Source: Acidimicrobiales bacterium
GTDB lineage: Bacteria; Actinomycetota; Acidimicrobiia; Acidimicrobiales; RAAP-2
DNA: 24,000 bases
Reading direction: 5' to 3'
NCBI GenBank assembly: GCA_052143315.1
Contig: JBKQTE010000092.1
Span: forward strand, 47,159-71,158
In this document: positions 9,012 through 18,098 of the stretch, piece after piece
How the letters are laid out: each line of letters opens with the position of its first letter
How positions within the stretch are numbered: the stretch's first letter is position 1
Notes under the pieces: generated by a model
The model's database searches: none
Seen by the model: the letters and a program-made list of their open reading frames with translations, nothing else
What the model was told of the DNA's origin: nothing
Program-made: the position numbers and the translations under genes

Positions 9012-10645
9012 CCGCTTCCTCCTCTGTTCGTCGGATGGTGGAGCTGCGCCCCGGTGTCGCCGGGATCCACCAGCTCGTGCCTCCGACCGTAGGGCGGGTC
9101 GGGGTCGGCGAAAAGGGCCGAAGGTCCCGATCGGGCCGGAAGGGCGTCGACGGCCAGGCCCACGGCCTCGGCCGGCGCCGTCCCGGAGGTGTCGATGACG
9201 GCGCTAGGCGTCCACGGGTCCATCGATCGCTGCATCGCCGCTCTCACCTCCGGGGTCGCCTCGGAGCTGTCGGCGCGTTCCGACAGGCGTCGCCGGATCC
9301 GTTGATCCGCCACCTCGGCGGCCGCGTCACACCTCAGCTCGACGAGATCGGCGGCGGCGCCATCGGCCACCGAACGCACCTCGGCCCGCCGAGCGGCACT
9401 GGTCCACGACGCGTCGAGGACGACGGACTCACCGAGTCCGAGCAGTCGCTCGGCTGTCTGCATCAGTTCGGCGTACACAGACTCGGTGGCGGCAGGGACG
9501 TACCGGCCGGAGAGGTACCCGGGCACCTCGGGACCGCCCGGGGCGGCCAGGCTCCTCCGCACCTCATCGGAGCGGAGCACGGTCCATCCCCGGGCTGCGC
9601 CGAGGCCGGCGGCGACGGTGGACTTCCCCGTGCCCGGTAGCCCTCCCACCAGCACGAGCGTGACGGCCGCCCGTCGGAGGTGGGTCAGGGCCAGCTGGTG
9701 GAAGGTTCCGGCCTCGATCCGGGCCGCATCGGCTCCCTGGGCAGCCCGGAGACAGCAGACCTTGGCCCGGACATAGGCCCGGGAGGCGCAGTAGTAGTGG
9801 ACCAGACCGTCGGGCACGGGATCGGCCGCCAGCTCCCGGTAGCGAGCAAGGAGGTGCTCGGCGGCGTCGCCCCGGCCCAGATGCTCGAGGTCCATGGCCA
9901 GGAAGGCCACGTCGGCAGCCACGTCGGCGAAGCGCAGCCGGTCGGAGAATTCGAGGCAGTCGAGGATCCGAACACCGTCGTCGAGGCAGAAGATGTCCTC
10001 GGCCTGGAGATCCCCATGGCCGTCGCACACCCGCCCCGCACGGATCCGGGTCTCGAACAGCGGCTCCCGGCCCCTGGTCCAGCGGTCGGCCAGCCACCGG
10101 ATCTCCAGATCGACCGTCTCGTCCAGGACGGTCCCCAGGTAGGGGCGGGTCTCCACGAAGTTGTCGGACCAGGCCGCCCACAGCGACGCACCGGTCGCCG
10201 CCTCGGCGATGGCGGGCGAACGCGCCGCCCGGGCGTGGAACGCCACCAGGGTCTGGGCCACCGGCTCGAGCCACCTGTCGAGATCCGGTCCCCGGCGGGC
10301 CAGCTCCGCCAGCCGGCGTTCCTCGGGCATACGTCTCATGACCACCACGGAGTCGACGGTCCGACCTTCGAACCGGATGTCGGCCACACCCAGATAGACG
10401 TCCGGGGCCAGACGCCGATTGAGCTCGACCTCGCGTTCGCAGTCGATCCGTCGGGCTTCGGGCTGCGTGAAGTCGACGAACTCGAAGCGAACCGGCTTCC
10501 GCACCTTGTAGACCCGGTCACCGACGAAGAACAGCCTCGAGACATGGGTCTCCACGATGCGGTCCGGCTGCTCTTCGCCTGCCGAGTCGCATCCCACCTC
10601 CGGCCTCCTCCATGCGCCAGGCCCCGCCCGGCCGGGCATGACCAC
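9008..10645 (-). CDS. Fusion of an aminoglycoside-phosphotransferase-like (protein-kinase-fold) domain and a C-terminal P-loop kinase/ATPase domain
   Basis: N-terminal half: ETHVSRLFFVGDRVYKVRKP, catalytic-loop-like CDGHGDLQAEDIF, and ILDCLEF. C-terminal half: Walker A LVGGLPGTGKST. The start is uncertain: ATG at 10645, or GTG at 10597 preceded by GGAGGAGG. The last ~40 residues are low-complexity. Confidence 0.75.
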   Translation of the reverse strand: MVMPGRAGPGAWRRPEVGCDSAGEEQPDRIVETHVSRLFFVGDRVYKVRKPVRFEFVDFTQPEARRIDCEREVELNRRLAPDVYLGVADIRFEGRTVDSVVVMRRMPEERRLAELARRGPDLDRWLEPVAQTLVAFHARAARSPAIAEAATGASLWAAWSDNFVETRPYLGTVLDETVDLEIRWLADRWTRGREPLFETRIRAGRVCDGHGDLQAEDIFCLDDGVRILDCLEFSDRLRFADVAADVAFLAMDLEHLGRGDAAEHLLARYRELAADPVPDGLVHYYCASRAYVRAKVCCLRAAQGADAARIEAGTFHQLALTHLRRAAVTLVLVGGLPGTGKSTVAAGLGAARGWTVLRSDEVRRSLAAPGGPEVPGYLSGRYVPAATESVYAELMQTAERLLGLGESVVLDASWTSAARRAEVRSVADGAAADLVELRCDAAAEVADQRIRRRLSERADSSEATPEVRAAMQRSMDPWTPSAVIDTSGTAPAEAVGLAVDALPARSGPSALFADPDPPYGRRHELVDPGDTGAQLHHPTNRGGSG

Positions 10646-10815
10646 CCGTGCGACCCTGCTCTCCAGAGTGGTCCGAACCGGGGCGCCGGCACAGAGCCGA
10701 AGGTCACAAGGTGGACCGGCGACGACCGGCCGGGACGGGGACCTTTGGCCCTTGCGGGAACCGGCCCGTCCGCCCGATCATGGAGGTGACCAGGCATCCT
10801 TCGAAGGGGACGACC

Positions 10816-13179
10816 ATGCAAGCACGGACGGCGACTCTCCCCGGGGAGGCCGGAGCGGCCCCCCTCGCCGCTCGCGTCCGCTGCCGCTACCGGGTCGGTG
10901 GCGTCGTCCAGGGAGTCGGCTTCCGACCCTTCGTGTACGTCACCGCCACCGGGCTCTCGCTCACCGGGTGGGTGCGGAACGGCTCCTCGGGCGTCACCGT
11001 CGAGGTCGAGGGCCAACCGCACCAGGTGGCGGCGTTCGAGCGACGGCTGCACGACCAGCCTCCCCGATCGGCCATCGTCGAGAGCATCGTCAAAGAGGAG
11101 CTGGCGCCCCGCGGAGGCACCGGCTTCGTCATCGAGGGCTCCGGTGCCGCTGGGGACGTCCGGACGCTGGCCTCCCCCGACATCGCCACCTGCGAGGCCT
11201 GCTTGGAGGAGATGGCCGATCCCACCGACCGTCGATACCGGCACCCGTTCATCACCTGCACCGACTGCGGGCCCCGCTTCACCATCATCACCCGCCTGCC
11301 CTACGACCGACCGGCCACCACCATGGCCGACTTTCCCCTGTGCGCCGAGTGCGCCACCGAGTACGCCGATCCTGGCGACCGTCGGTTCCATGCCCAGCCC
11401 ATCGCCTGTCCCGACTGCGGTCCGGAGCTCGAGCTGGTGGTGCCCGGCCAGCCGGTGCCGGTCGGGGAGGCGGCCCTCGTCCGGGCCCGCTCGCTCCTCG
11501 CCGGCGGCGCCATCCTGGCGGTGAAGGGACTCGGCGGCTACCACCTGGTCTGCGACGCCACCGACCAGGCAGCCGTCGCCGAGCTGCGCCGGCGCAAGCG
11601 GCGCGGGGACAAGCCCCTCGCCGTGATGGTGGCCGATCTCGGAGCGGCCCGAGTCCTAGCCGAGATCGGCCAGGCCGAGGCGGACCTGCTCACCTCCCCC
11701 CGGCGCCCGATCGTCCTCCTGGCCCGCCAGGCGGGCCCGGAACGGGTCGCTCCGGCGGTGGCGCCCGGCAGTCCCGACCTCGGGCTGATGCTGGCCTACA
11801 CCCCCCTGCACCGGCTGCTGTTCGGGCTGCCCGGCGATGCGGCCGGTACCCGGGCCCTGGTCATGACGTCGGGGAACCTGGGCGGCGAGCCGATCGTCTA
11901 CCGGGACCATGAGGCGATGACCCGGCTGGCGCCACTGGTCGACGGCTGGCTGCGCCACGACCGCCCGATCGCCGTCCCGTGCGACGACTCGGTGTCCCGT
12001 GTGGTCGACGGCGAGGAGCTGCCCATCCGCCGGTCCCGCGGCTACGCCCCGCTGCCGGTGACGCTTCCTTTCGAGGTGCCGGCCATCCTGGCCGTGGGGG
12101 GGGACGTGAAGAACGCCTTCTGCGTGGCCGAGGGCCACCACGCCTGGATGAGCCAGCACATCGGCGACATGGACGACCTGGCCACCCTGGACGCCCTCGG
12201 TGCCACCGAGCAGAGGCTGGAATGCCTCACCGGCGTGGTGCCCGAGCTGGTGGTCGCCGACCGCCACCCCGCCTACCGCTCCGGCGGATGGGCGTTCCGC
12301 CATGCCGCCGGGCGCCCTCACGTCAGGGTCCAGCACCACCACGCCCATATCGCCTCGGTGATGGGCGAGCACGGACTCGACGGCCGGGAGCGGGTCATCG
12401 GTGTCGCCTTCGACGGCACCGGCTACGGGTCGGACGGGGCGGTGTGGGGCGGCGAGGTCCTCGTTGCCGACTACGAGGGATTCGAGCGGTTCGCCCATCT
12501 GGCCTACGTCCCCCTGCCGGGCGGCGACGCCAGCGTGGAGCGCCCCTACCGCATGGCACTGGCCCACCTGGCCGCCGCCGGCGTGGACTGGGATCCCGAC
12601 CTCCCGCCGGTGGCCGGCTGCCCGGGTGCGGAACGTGCGGTGCTGGCCCACCAGCTGGCCACCGGGTTCAACTGTGTCCCGACCTCCAGCATGGGCCGAC
12701 TGTTCGACGCGGTGGCCTCCCTGGCCGGCGTCCGGCAGATCGCCGACTTCGAGGCCCAGGCGGCCATCGAGCTCGAGGGGGTCTCCCGTGATGTCCCCCC
12801 CGACGAGGGCTACGGGTTCGCCCTCGACCCGGCGGGCGGCGCCGGCCAGCCACTGGTGGCCGACGCCACACCGGTGATCGCCGCCGTGGTCGCCGACCGG
12901 CGTGGCGGTGTCCCGACCGCCCTGATCGGTGCCCGCTTCCACGCCGCAGTGGCCGACCTGGTGGTGGCGGTGGCCGGGTCGGCCCGCCGGCGGAGCGGCC
13001 TTGGCACGGTGGTGCTGTCGGGTGGCGTCTTCCAGAACGCTCTGCTGCTCGGGGCGGTGCGGACCCGGTTGCGGGCCGGCGGGTTCATCGTGCTCTGTCC
13101 GCGCCTCCTTCCCCCGAACGACGGGGGCCTCGCCCTCGGCCAGGTGCTGGTGGGCGCGCGAGCCAGAAGGGTCGGCTGA
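10816..13179 (+). CDS. hypF: [NiFe]-hydrogenase maturation carbamoyltransferase HypF
   Basis: Acylphosphatase motif VQGVGFRPFVY. Two zinc-finger pairs: CEAC-x18-CTDC (from nt 11191) and CAEC-x18-CPDC. YrdC-like KGLGGYHLVCDA and a Kae1-like C-terminal half are present. I prefer ATG 10816 (GAAGGGGA 6 nt upstream) over the track start at 10648. Confidence 0.93.
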   Translation: MQARTATLPGEAGAAPLAARVRCRYRVGGVVQGVGFRPFVYVTATGLSLTGWVRNGSSGVTVEVEGQPHQVAAFERRLHDQPPRSAIVESIVKEELAPRGGTGFVIEGSGAAGDVRTLASPDIATCEACLEEMADPTDRRYRHPFITCTDCGPRFTIITRLPYDRPATTMADFPLCAECATEYADPGDRRFHAQPIACPDCGPELELVVPGQPVPVGEAALVRARSLLAGGAILAVKGLGGYHLVCDATDQAAVAELRRRKRRGDKPLAVMVADLGAARVLAEIGQAEADLLTSPRRPIVLLARQAGPERVAPAVAPGSPDLGLMLAYTPLHRLLFGLPGDAAGTRALVMTSGNLGGEPIVYRDHEAMTRLAPLVDGWLRHDRPIAVPCDDSVSRVVDGEELPIRRSRGYAPLPVTLPFEVPAILAVGGDVKNAFCVAEGHHAWMSQHIGDMDDLATLDALGATEQRLECLTGVVPELVVADRHPAYRSGGWAFRHAAGRPHVRVQHHHAHIASVMGEHGLDGRERVIGVAFDGTGYGSDGAVWGGEVLVADYEGFERFAHLAYVPLPGGDASVERPYRMALAHLAAAGVDWDPDLPPVAGCPGAERAVLAHQLATGFNCVPTSSMGRLFDAVASLAGVRQIADFEAQAAIELEGVSRDVPPDEGYGFALDPAGGAGQPLVADATPVIAAVVADRRGGVPTALIGARFHAAVADLVVAVAGSARRRSGLGTVVLSGGVFQNALLLGAVRTRLRAGGFIVLCPRLLPPNDGGLALGQVLVGARARRVG

Positions 13180-13439
13180 TGTGCCTGGCCGTTCCCGGAC
13201 GGGTGGTCCGGACGTGGTCGATCGACGGCACCCTCATGGCCCAGGTGGACTTCGGTGGCGTGCGCAAGGATGTCTGCCTGCAGTACCTGCCTGAGGCGGT
13301 GATCGACGACTACGTGATCGTCCATGTCGGCTTCGCCATCCAGCAGCTCGACGAGCGTTCCGCCCTCGAGACGTTGGAGGCCTTCGAGCGGATGGGCGTC
13401 CTGGCCGAGGAGCTCGGCGACGGGGGAACCCGGGGATGA
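13179..13439 (+). CDS. hypC: Hydrogenase maturation chaperone HypC/HupF family
   Basis: The N-terminal [10 protein letters not shown] carries the essential Cys2, and [12 protein letters not shown] is present. 86 aa. The ATG shares one nt with the hypF TGA (TGATG). Confidence 0.9.
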   Translation: MCLAVPGRVVRTWSIDGTLMAQVDFGGVRKDVCLQYLPEAVIDDYVIVHVGFAIQQLDERSALETLEAFERMGVLAEELGDGGTRG

Positions 13440-14548
13440 AGTACCTCGACGAGTTCGCCGACCCGGACCTGGCCCGTCACCTGCTCGACCGGATCCGAGC
13501 CATCACCACCCGCCGGTGGGCGATCATGGAGGTGTGCGGGGGCCAGACCCACTCGATCATCCGCCACGGCATCGACCAGCTGTTGCCCGGGGAGATCGAG
13601 CTGATCCACGGTCCCGGGTGCCCGGTCTGCGTCACCCCGGTGGAGATCGTCGACAGGGCCCTGGCCATCGCCGCCCGGCCCGACGTCATCTTCTGCTCGT
13701 TCGGGGACATGCTGCGGGTGCCGGGAAGCCGCGGGGACCTCTTCGGGGTGAAGAGCGCCGGCGCTGACGTGCGGGTGGTCTACTCGCCCCTCGACGCCCT
13801 CGAGGTGGCCCGGGCCAATCCCGAGCGGGAGGTGGTCTTCTTCGGCATCGGCTTCGAGACCACGGCGCCGGCCAACGCCATGACCGTCCACCAGGCGGAG
13901 CGGCTGGGTATCGCCAACTTCTCGCTGCTGGTCTCCCACGTGCTGGTGCCGCCGGCCATCGCCGCCATCATGGAGTCGCCCAACTGCAGGGTGCAGGGGT
14001 TCCTGGCCGCCGGGCACGTGTGCAGCGTCATGGGCACCCACCAGTACCCCGAGCTGGCCGCCACCTACCGGGTCCCCATCGTGGTCACCGGGTTCGAGCC
14101 ACTGGACATCCTCGAGGGTATCCGACGGACCGTCGCCCAGCTCGAGTCGGGTCGGTACCAGGTGGAGAATGCCTACCGGCGGGCGGTGACCGATGAGGGC
14201 AACGTGGCCGCCCAGCAGATGTTGGAGGAGGTCTTCGAGGTCACCGACCGCTCCTGGCGGGGCATCGGGACGATCCCGCAGAGCGGCTGGAGGCTGTCCG
14301 ACCGCTACCGTGCCTACGACGCCGAGGACCGCTTCGGCATCGGCTCGGTCCGCACCGACGAGTCGGCGGCGTGCCGGGCCGGTGAGGTGCTCCAGGGCCT
14401 GATCAAGCCCAACGAGTGCGAGGCGTTCGGTCGGGAGTGCACGCCACGCAGCCCGCTCGGCGCCACCATGGTGTCCTCGGAAGGGGCCTGTGCCGCCTAC
14501 TACCTCTACCGCCGGCTCGAGCTGACCGTGGCGGGCCCCAATGGTTGA
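13436..14548 (+). CDS. hypD: Hydrogenase maturation protein HypD
   Basis: MKYLDEF N-terminus, with motifs [21 protein letters not shown] and [12 protein letters not shown] overlap with the hypC stop. Confidence 0.93.
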   Translation: MKYLDEFADPDLARHLLDRIRAITTRRWAIMEVCGGQTHSIIRHGIDQLLPGEIELIHGPGCPVCVTPVEIVDRALAIAARPDVIFCSFGDMLRVPGSRGDLFGVKSAGADVRVVYSPLDALEVARANPEREVVFFGIGFETTAPANAMTVHQAERLGIANFSLLVSHVLVPPAIAAIMESPNCRVQGFLAAGHVCSVMGTHQYPELAATYRVPIVVTGFEPLDILEGIRRTVAQLESGRYQVENAYRRAVTDEGNVAAQQMLEEVFEVTDRSWRGIGTIPQSGWRLSDRYRAYDAEDRFGIGSVRTDESAACRAGEVLQGLIKPNECEAFGRECTPRSPLGATMVSSEGACAAYYLYRRLELTVAGPNG

Positions 14549-15623
14549 CCGGGGGCGGGCGGAGCGGCCCCTCCCCGACTTCGAGGGCTGGACGTGCCCG
14601 GTGCCGCTGCGAGACTCGCCGGTCATCGTGATGGGCCACGGGGGGGGCGGCGCCATGTCGGCCGAGCTCGTCGAGCACCTGTTCCTCCCCGCCTACGGTG
14701 AGGCCGCCTCCGCCGAGCTCGGCGACGCCGCCGTCCTGTCCCTGGGTGGCGGCCACCGGCTGGCCTTCTCCACCGACTCGTTCGTCGTCAAGCCGGTGTT
14801 CTTCCCCGGTGGCTCCATCGGCGACCTCGCCGTCAATGGGACGGTCAACGACCTGGCCATGTCCGGGGCCCGTCCGATGGTGCTGTCGACCGCCTTCATC
14901 CTCGAGGAGGGGACGACCCTCTCCGACCTCGGCCGTATCGCCATGTCGCTGGGGTCGGCGGCCCTGGCCGCCGGGGTCCGGCTGGTCACCGGCGATACCA
15001 AGGTGGTCGACCGCGGGTCGGGGGACGGCGTCTACATCAACACGGCGGGCATCGGGGTGCTCGATGACGGCGTCGACATCCGTCCCGAGCGGGCCCGGGC
15101 CGGTGACGTGGTCATCGTCAGCGGCGACATCGGCGTGCACGGCGTGGCCGTGATGAGCTGCCGGGAGGGAGTCGGCTTCACCACCGACCTGGAGAGCGAC
15201 ACGGCACCGCTGCACGGGCTGGTGGCCGCCATGCTGGGCACCGGAGCCGACGTCCACGCGCTGCGGGACCCGACCCGCGGCGGCGTGGCCGCCTCGCTCA
15301 ACGAGATCGGCCGGGCCGCCAAGGTCGGGATCGCACTGGTCGAGCGTGACCTTCCCGTCCCCGATGGGGTCAGGGACGCCTGCGGCCTGCTGGGGCTCGA
15401 CCCCTTGCACGTGGCCAACGAGGGGAAGCTGCTGGCCTTCGTGCCGCCGGACGACGCAGACCGGGTGCTCGAGGCCATGCACCGGCACCCCCTGGGTGGC
15501 GACGCCCGGGCGGTCGGGGTCTGCGTCGAGGACCATCCCGGGATGGTGGTGGCCCGCACGGCTCTCGGCGGTACCCGCGTCGTCGACCTGCCGGTGGGCG
15601 AGCAGCTGCCGCGGATCTGTTGA
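14541..15623 (+). CDS. hypE: Hydrogenase maturation protein HypE (carbamoyl dehydratase)
   Basis: WTCPVPL...[14 protein letters not shown]-terminus, a PurM/AIR-synthase-like body, and a C-terminal PRIC motif ending on the essential Cys. 8-nt overlap with hypD. Confidence 0.93.
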   Translation: MVDRGRAERPLPDFEGWTCPVPLRDSPVIVMGHGGGGAMSAELVEHLFLPAYGEAASAELGDAAVLSLGGGHRLAFSTDSFVVKPVFFPGGSIGDLAVNGTVNDLAMSGARPMVLSTAFILEEGTTLSDLGRIAMSLGSAALAAGVRLVTGDTKVVDRGSGDGVYINTAGIGVLDDGVDIRPERARAGDVVIVSGDIGVHGVAVMSCREGVGFTTDLESDTAPLHGLVAAMLGTGADVHALRDPTRGGVAASLNEIGRAAKVGIALVERDLPVPDGVRDACGLLGLDPLHVANEGKLLAFVPPDDADRVLEAMHRHPLGGDARAVGVCVEDHPGMVVARTALGGTRVVDLPVGEQLPRIC

Positions 15624-16378
15624 GGATGACGGCCTCGGAACCGGGTCAGGCGCTCTTCGCCCGCTACGCCTACCCCCCCAACGAGCTCGGCTACTGCGGC
15701 CCGACGGACGGGTCGCCCCTCCTCCAGCGGGCGTCGGGTGATCAGGCCATGGACATCGCCGCCCATGCCCGTCAGTTCGAGGGGGCGTGGACCTATCTGG
15801 AGCTCATCGCTTCGGCCGTCGGGATCGACGACCCCCTCGACCGCCGGGTGGTCCAGGCCTACTGGGTGGGCAACGACCTGCTCGACCGGGTCGCCCCGTC
15901 CGTCCTGGTGGCCAGGCTGGGCCAGGAGCTCGAGGGACAGGTCGGCGGGTTCTGGAGCCGCATGGGCCCGGCGGCCGAGGAGCTGGCGCTCCCCCACCAC
16001 AGCTTCCACGTGTTCGCCGTCTACCCCTGGGTCGGCCTCCTCGGCTCTGCCGGCGACGTCCCCCTGTCGGTGCTGGACCGGTGCCGGATACGGTGGGGCG
16101 AGGTGGTGGGCATCGACGGGGAGCGGGCCACCGTCCGGTCCCGGCCGCTCCGGTGGGACGGCGACGAGCTGTCGTTGGGGCCCGAGCGGGAGGAGGCGGT
16201 GCGCTGGTCCTCGTCCGGTCGGTCGCTGGTCGGGGGCATCGTCCCCGGCGACCATGTGTCGCTCCACTGGGACTGGGTCTGCGACCGTCTGGGTGCGGCC
16301 GAGCTGGGGGCGCTGGAGCTCACCAGCGCCCGTCAGCTCGAACTGACCAACACCCAGCTTCGGGAAGGAGCCCGCTGA
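15620..16378 (+). CDS. Conserved hypothetical protein coupled to hypE; the C-terminal half resembles a HypC-like OB-fold
   Basis: Begins at TTG 15620 (overlapping the hypE TGA) or at ATG 15626. The N-terminal motif is YAYPPNELGYCGP. G/C third positions match the hyp genes. I recall this type of protein being annotated as a DUF family next to hypE in actinobacteria, but cannot verify that here. Confidence 0.65.
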   Translation: MRMTASEPGQALFARYAYPPNELGYCGPTDGSPLLQRASGDQAMDIAAHARQFEGAWTYLELIASAVGIDDPLDRRVVQAYWVGNDLLDRVAPSVLVARLGQELEGQVGGFWSRMGPAAEELALPHHSFHVFAVYPWVGLLGSAGDVPLSVLDRCRIRWGEVVGIDGERATVRSRPLRWDGDELSLGPEREEAVRWSSSGRSLVGGIVPGDHVSLHWDWVCDRLGAAELGALELTSARQLELTNTQLREGAR

Positions 16379-16475
16379 CGAGCTCCTTCCACGGCGGATG
16401 CCCTTCTCAGCTGCGGGTGACGGGCACCTTGGTCGACGCGTCGAGTGGGACCCACCCCTGGAGGATCACCGGTCG

Positions 16476-18098
16476 TCAGTCGCTCGAGGACTGCCTCCAG
16501 TCCTCCACTCGCCGGATCAGGTCGTCAGGACGTTCGAGACGCATGGCCGGCTCTCCCCGGTAGACCAGGCCGGTCCCGCCGTCGACGGTGACCAGGTCAC
16601 CCTCGCGGAGCTCCGCGTCGCCCATCCGGAGCCTCCCATGATCAGCATCGACCTCCAGGCCGGCACATCCGACCACGCAGGCCAGACCCAGCTGACGGGC
16701 GACCACTGCGGCGTGGGACGTTCGGGCACCGGTCGCCGTCACCAGACCCCGGCAGACGGCAAGGCCCGGGATGTCCTCGGTCGAGGCCTCGTGGCGTACG
16801 AGGACCACCGGATCGCCGTCCAGACAGAACTGCTGGGCAGCGTCGGTGGTCAGCGCCATCCGCCCACTGCCGACCCCATCGCTGGCAGGAGTGCCCCGCC
16901 CGAGGACCTCGACATCGTCCTCGTCCGCCACGCGGAGGCGTGAGATGGTGTCGAGCGCATACGGCTCCAGTCGATCGAGCGCCGTGGCGACATCGACCAG
17001 CCCCTCGTCGACCAGGTCGCAGGCGATCCGGAGGGCCGCCCAGGGCGTGCGCTTGGCCGTACGGGTCTGCAGCATCCACAGTGTCCCCTCTTGTACGGTG
17101 AACTCGAAATCCTGGACGTCGCGAAAGAGGACCTCGAGCGTCCGACGGACGTTCTGCAGTTGGTGCGCCAGACCCGGCACGGCGGCGATGGACCGATCAG
17201 AGTCGCCCACCGTGTGGCGACCCGCCACCACGTCCTCCCCCTGGGCATTGAGGATGAAGTCGATGTACGGGCGGTTCTCCCCCGTCGCCGGGTCGCGGGT
17301 GAAGCCCACCCCCGACCCCGATGCCGCTCCCATGTTGCCGAAGACCATGGCCTGCACGGTCACCGCCGTCCCGATCAGATCGGTCAAGCCCTGTATCGCT
17401 CGATAGGTGACGGCCTTCGGACTGTTCCACGAGCGGAACACCGCGGCGACCGCCCCGAGGAGCTGCTCCTCCGGGTCTTGGGGAAACGCTCGGCCGACGA
17501 TCGACCTGAACACGTCCTGCTGTCGCCGGACCACTGCCCGCAGGGCGGCAACATCGAGCTCGTCGGCGGTCGGCGCCCCGAACTGGACCATCACCTCGGT
17601 CAGCACTCTGGCGAACGGTGCCGCCGGGCACCCCTCGACCACCTCGGCGTAGGCCTGGATCAGGCGGCGGTAGGAGTCCCAGACGAACACCGGGTCACCG
17701 GTGGCGCGAAGCAGTCCGGGCAGCGTCGCATCGGAGAGGCCGACGTTCAGGATCGTCTCGAGCATGCCGGGCATGGAGACGGCCGCTCCCGAGCGAACCG
17801 ACACCAGAAGCGGACGGCGACCTGCGGCGAACCGCTGGCCGGTCAGGCGCTCGAGCGTTCCGATCCCGTTGAGCACGTCGTCGACGACCTCGTCATCGAG
17901 CGTCCCACCTGCTTCGACGAACCTCTGGCACGACTGTGTGCCGAGGACGAAGGCCGGTGGAGTCGGCAGGCCGGCCTCGCTCATCATCATGAGGTTGAAG
18001 GCCTTCCTGCCCACCTCCCGGGGCGTCACCTCACGGGCGCTGGCCGCGCCGATCGTCCAGACCGGCCTCGCTCCCCCTGGGGAGACGGGACTGCTCAC
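16476..18098 (-). CDS. PPDK-like protein with only the nucleotide-binding (ATP-grasp) and phospho-His swivel domains; no PEP/pyruvate-binding TIM barrel
   Basis: PPDK N-terminal motifs RRPLLVSVRSGAAVSMPGMLETILNVGLSD and GFTRDPATGENRPYIDFILNAQGEDVVAGRHT. Swivel domain VVLVRHEASTEDIPG...TGARTSHAAVVARQLGLACVVG (His codon at 16713-16715). The protein ends 78 aa after the His. Preferred start is GTG 18098-18096, which overlaps the upstream gene's TGA (GTGA). The track start at 18182 would overlap the upstream gene by 88 nt. Confidence 0.8.
   Translation of the reverse strand: MSSPVSPGGARPVWTIGAASAREVTPREVGRKAFNLMMMSEAGLPTPPAFVLGTQSCQRFVEAGGTLDDEVVDDVLNGIGTLERLTGQRFAAGRRPLLVSVRSGAAVSMPGMLETILNVGLSDATLPGLLRATGDPVFVWDSYRRLIQAYAEVVEGCPAAPFARVLTEVMVQFGAPTADELDVAALRAVVRRQQDVFRSIVGRAFPQDPEEQLLGAVAAVFRSWNSPKAVTYRAIQGLTDLIGTAVTVQAMVFGNMGAASGSGVGFTRDPATGENRPYIDFILNAQGEDVVAGRHTVGDSDRSIAAVPGLAHQLQNVRRTLEVLFRDVQDFEFTVQEGTLWMLQTRTAKRTPWAALRIACDLVDEGLVDVATALDRLEPYALDTISRLRVADEDDVEVLGRGTPASDGVGSGRMALTTDAAQQFCLDGDPVVLVRHEASTEDIPGLAVCRGLVTATGARTSHAAVVARQLGLACVVGCAGLEVDADHGRLRMGDAELREGDLVTVDGGTGLVYRGEPAMRLERPDDLIRRVEDWRQSSSD

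Noticed and set aside
10738-10751. GGGACCTTTGGCCC in the kinase/hypF divergent region, resembling the mycobacterial DosR box core (GGGACTWWAGTCCC, from memory)
   Set aside because: About 11 of 14 core positions match, the flanks do not match, and the palindrome is imperfect. In a 70% GC spacer this could be chance. Worth testing only with a proper PWM scan and knowledge of the organism's regulators.
10648-10815. Track start of hypF at 10648 (56 extra N-terminal residues)
   Set aside because: The extension (MRPCSPEWSEPGRRHRAEGHKVDRRRPAG...) is non-conserved-looking and would abut the divergent gene's start. ATG 10816 has an SD-like GAAGGGGA and leads into the acylphosphatase domain at a typical distance. 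ATG 10780 remains a minor alternative.
9680-12942. ORFs 9680-10789 (+), 10336-11544 (-), 10557-11912 (+) and 11656-12942 (-) overlapping the kinase and hypF
   Set aside because: They have no motifs, biased composition and lie in shadow frames of well-supported genes.
13310-16267. Long minus-strand ORFs antisense to hypD/hypE/ORF-X (13310-14656, 14403-15536, 15032-16267)
   Set aside because: The + strand frames are unmistakable HypD/HypE. The antisense translations are low-complexity (G, R, P, D, H, V runs).
16363-16390. 9-bp inverted repeat GGAAGGAGC / GCTCCTTCC spanning the stop codon of the hypE-downstream ORF, in the convergent spacer
   Set aside because: The loop is 10 nt, there is no U-tract, and the left arm lies inside coding sequence. 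It may act as a terminator for convergent transcription, but the evidence is too weak to call.
16379-16475. Idea that the PPDK-like gene is a truncated pseudogene with TIM-barrel remnants downstream
   Set aside because: Only 97 bp separate its stop from the convergent gene. The retained domains have intact motifs and catalytic His, with no internal stops. The gene is start/stop-coupled to its upstream neighbour. It looks like a designed short form, not decay.
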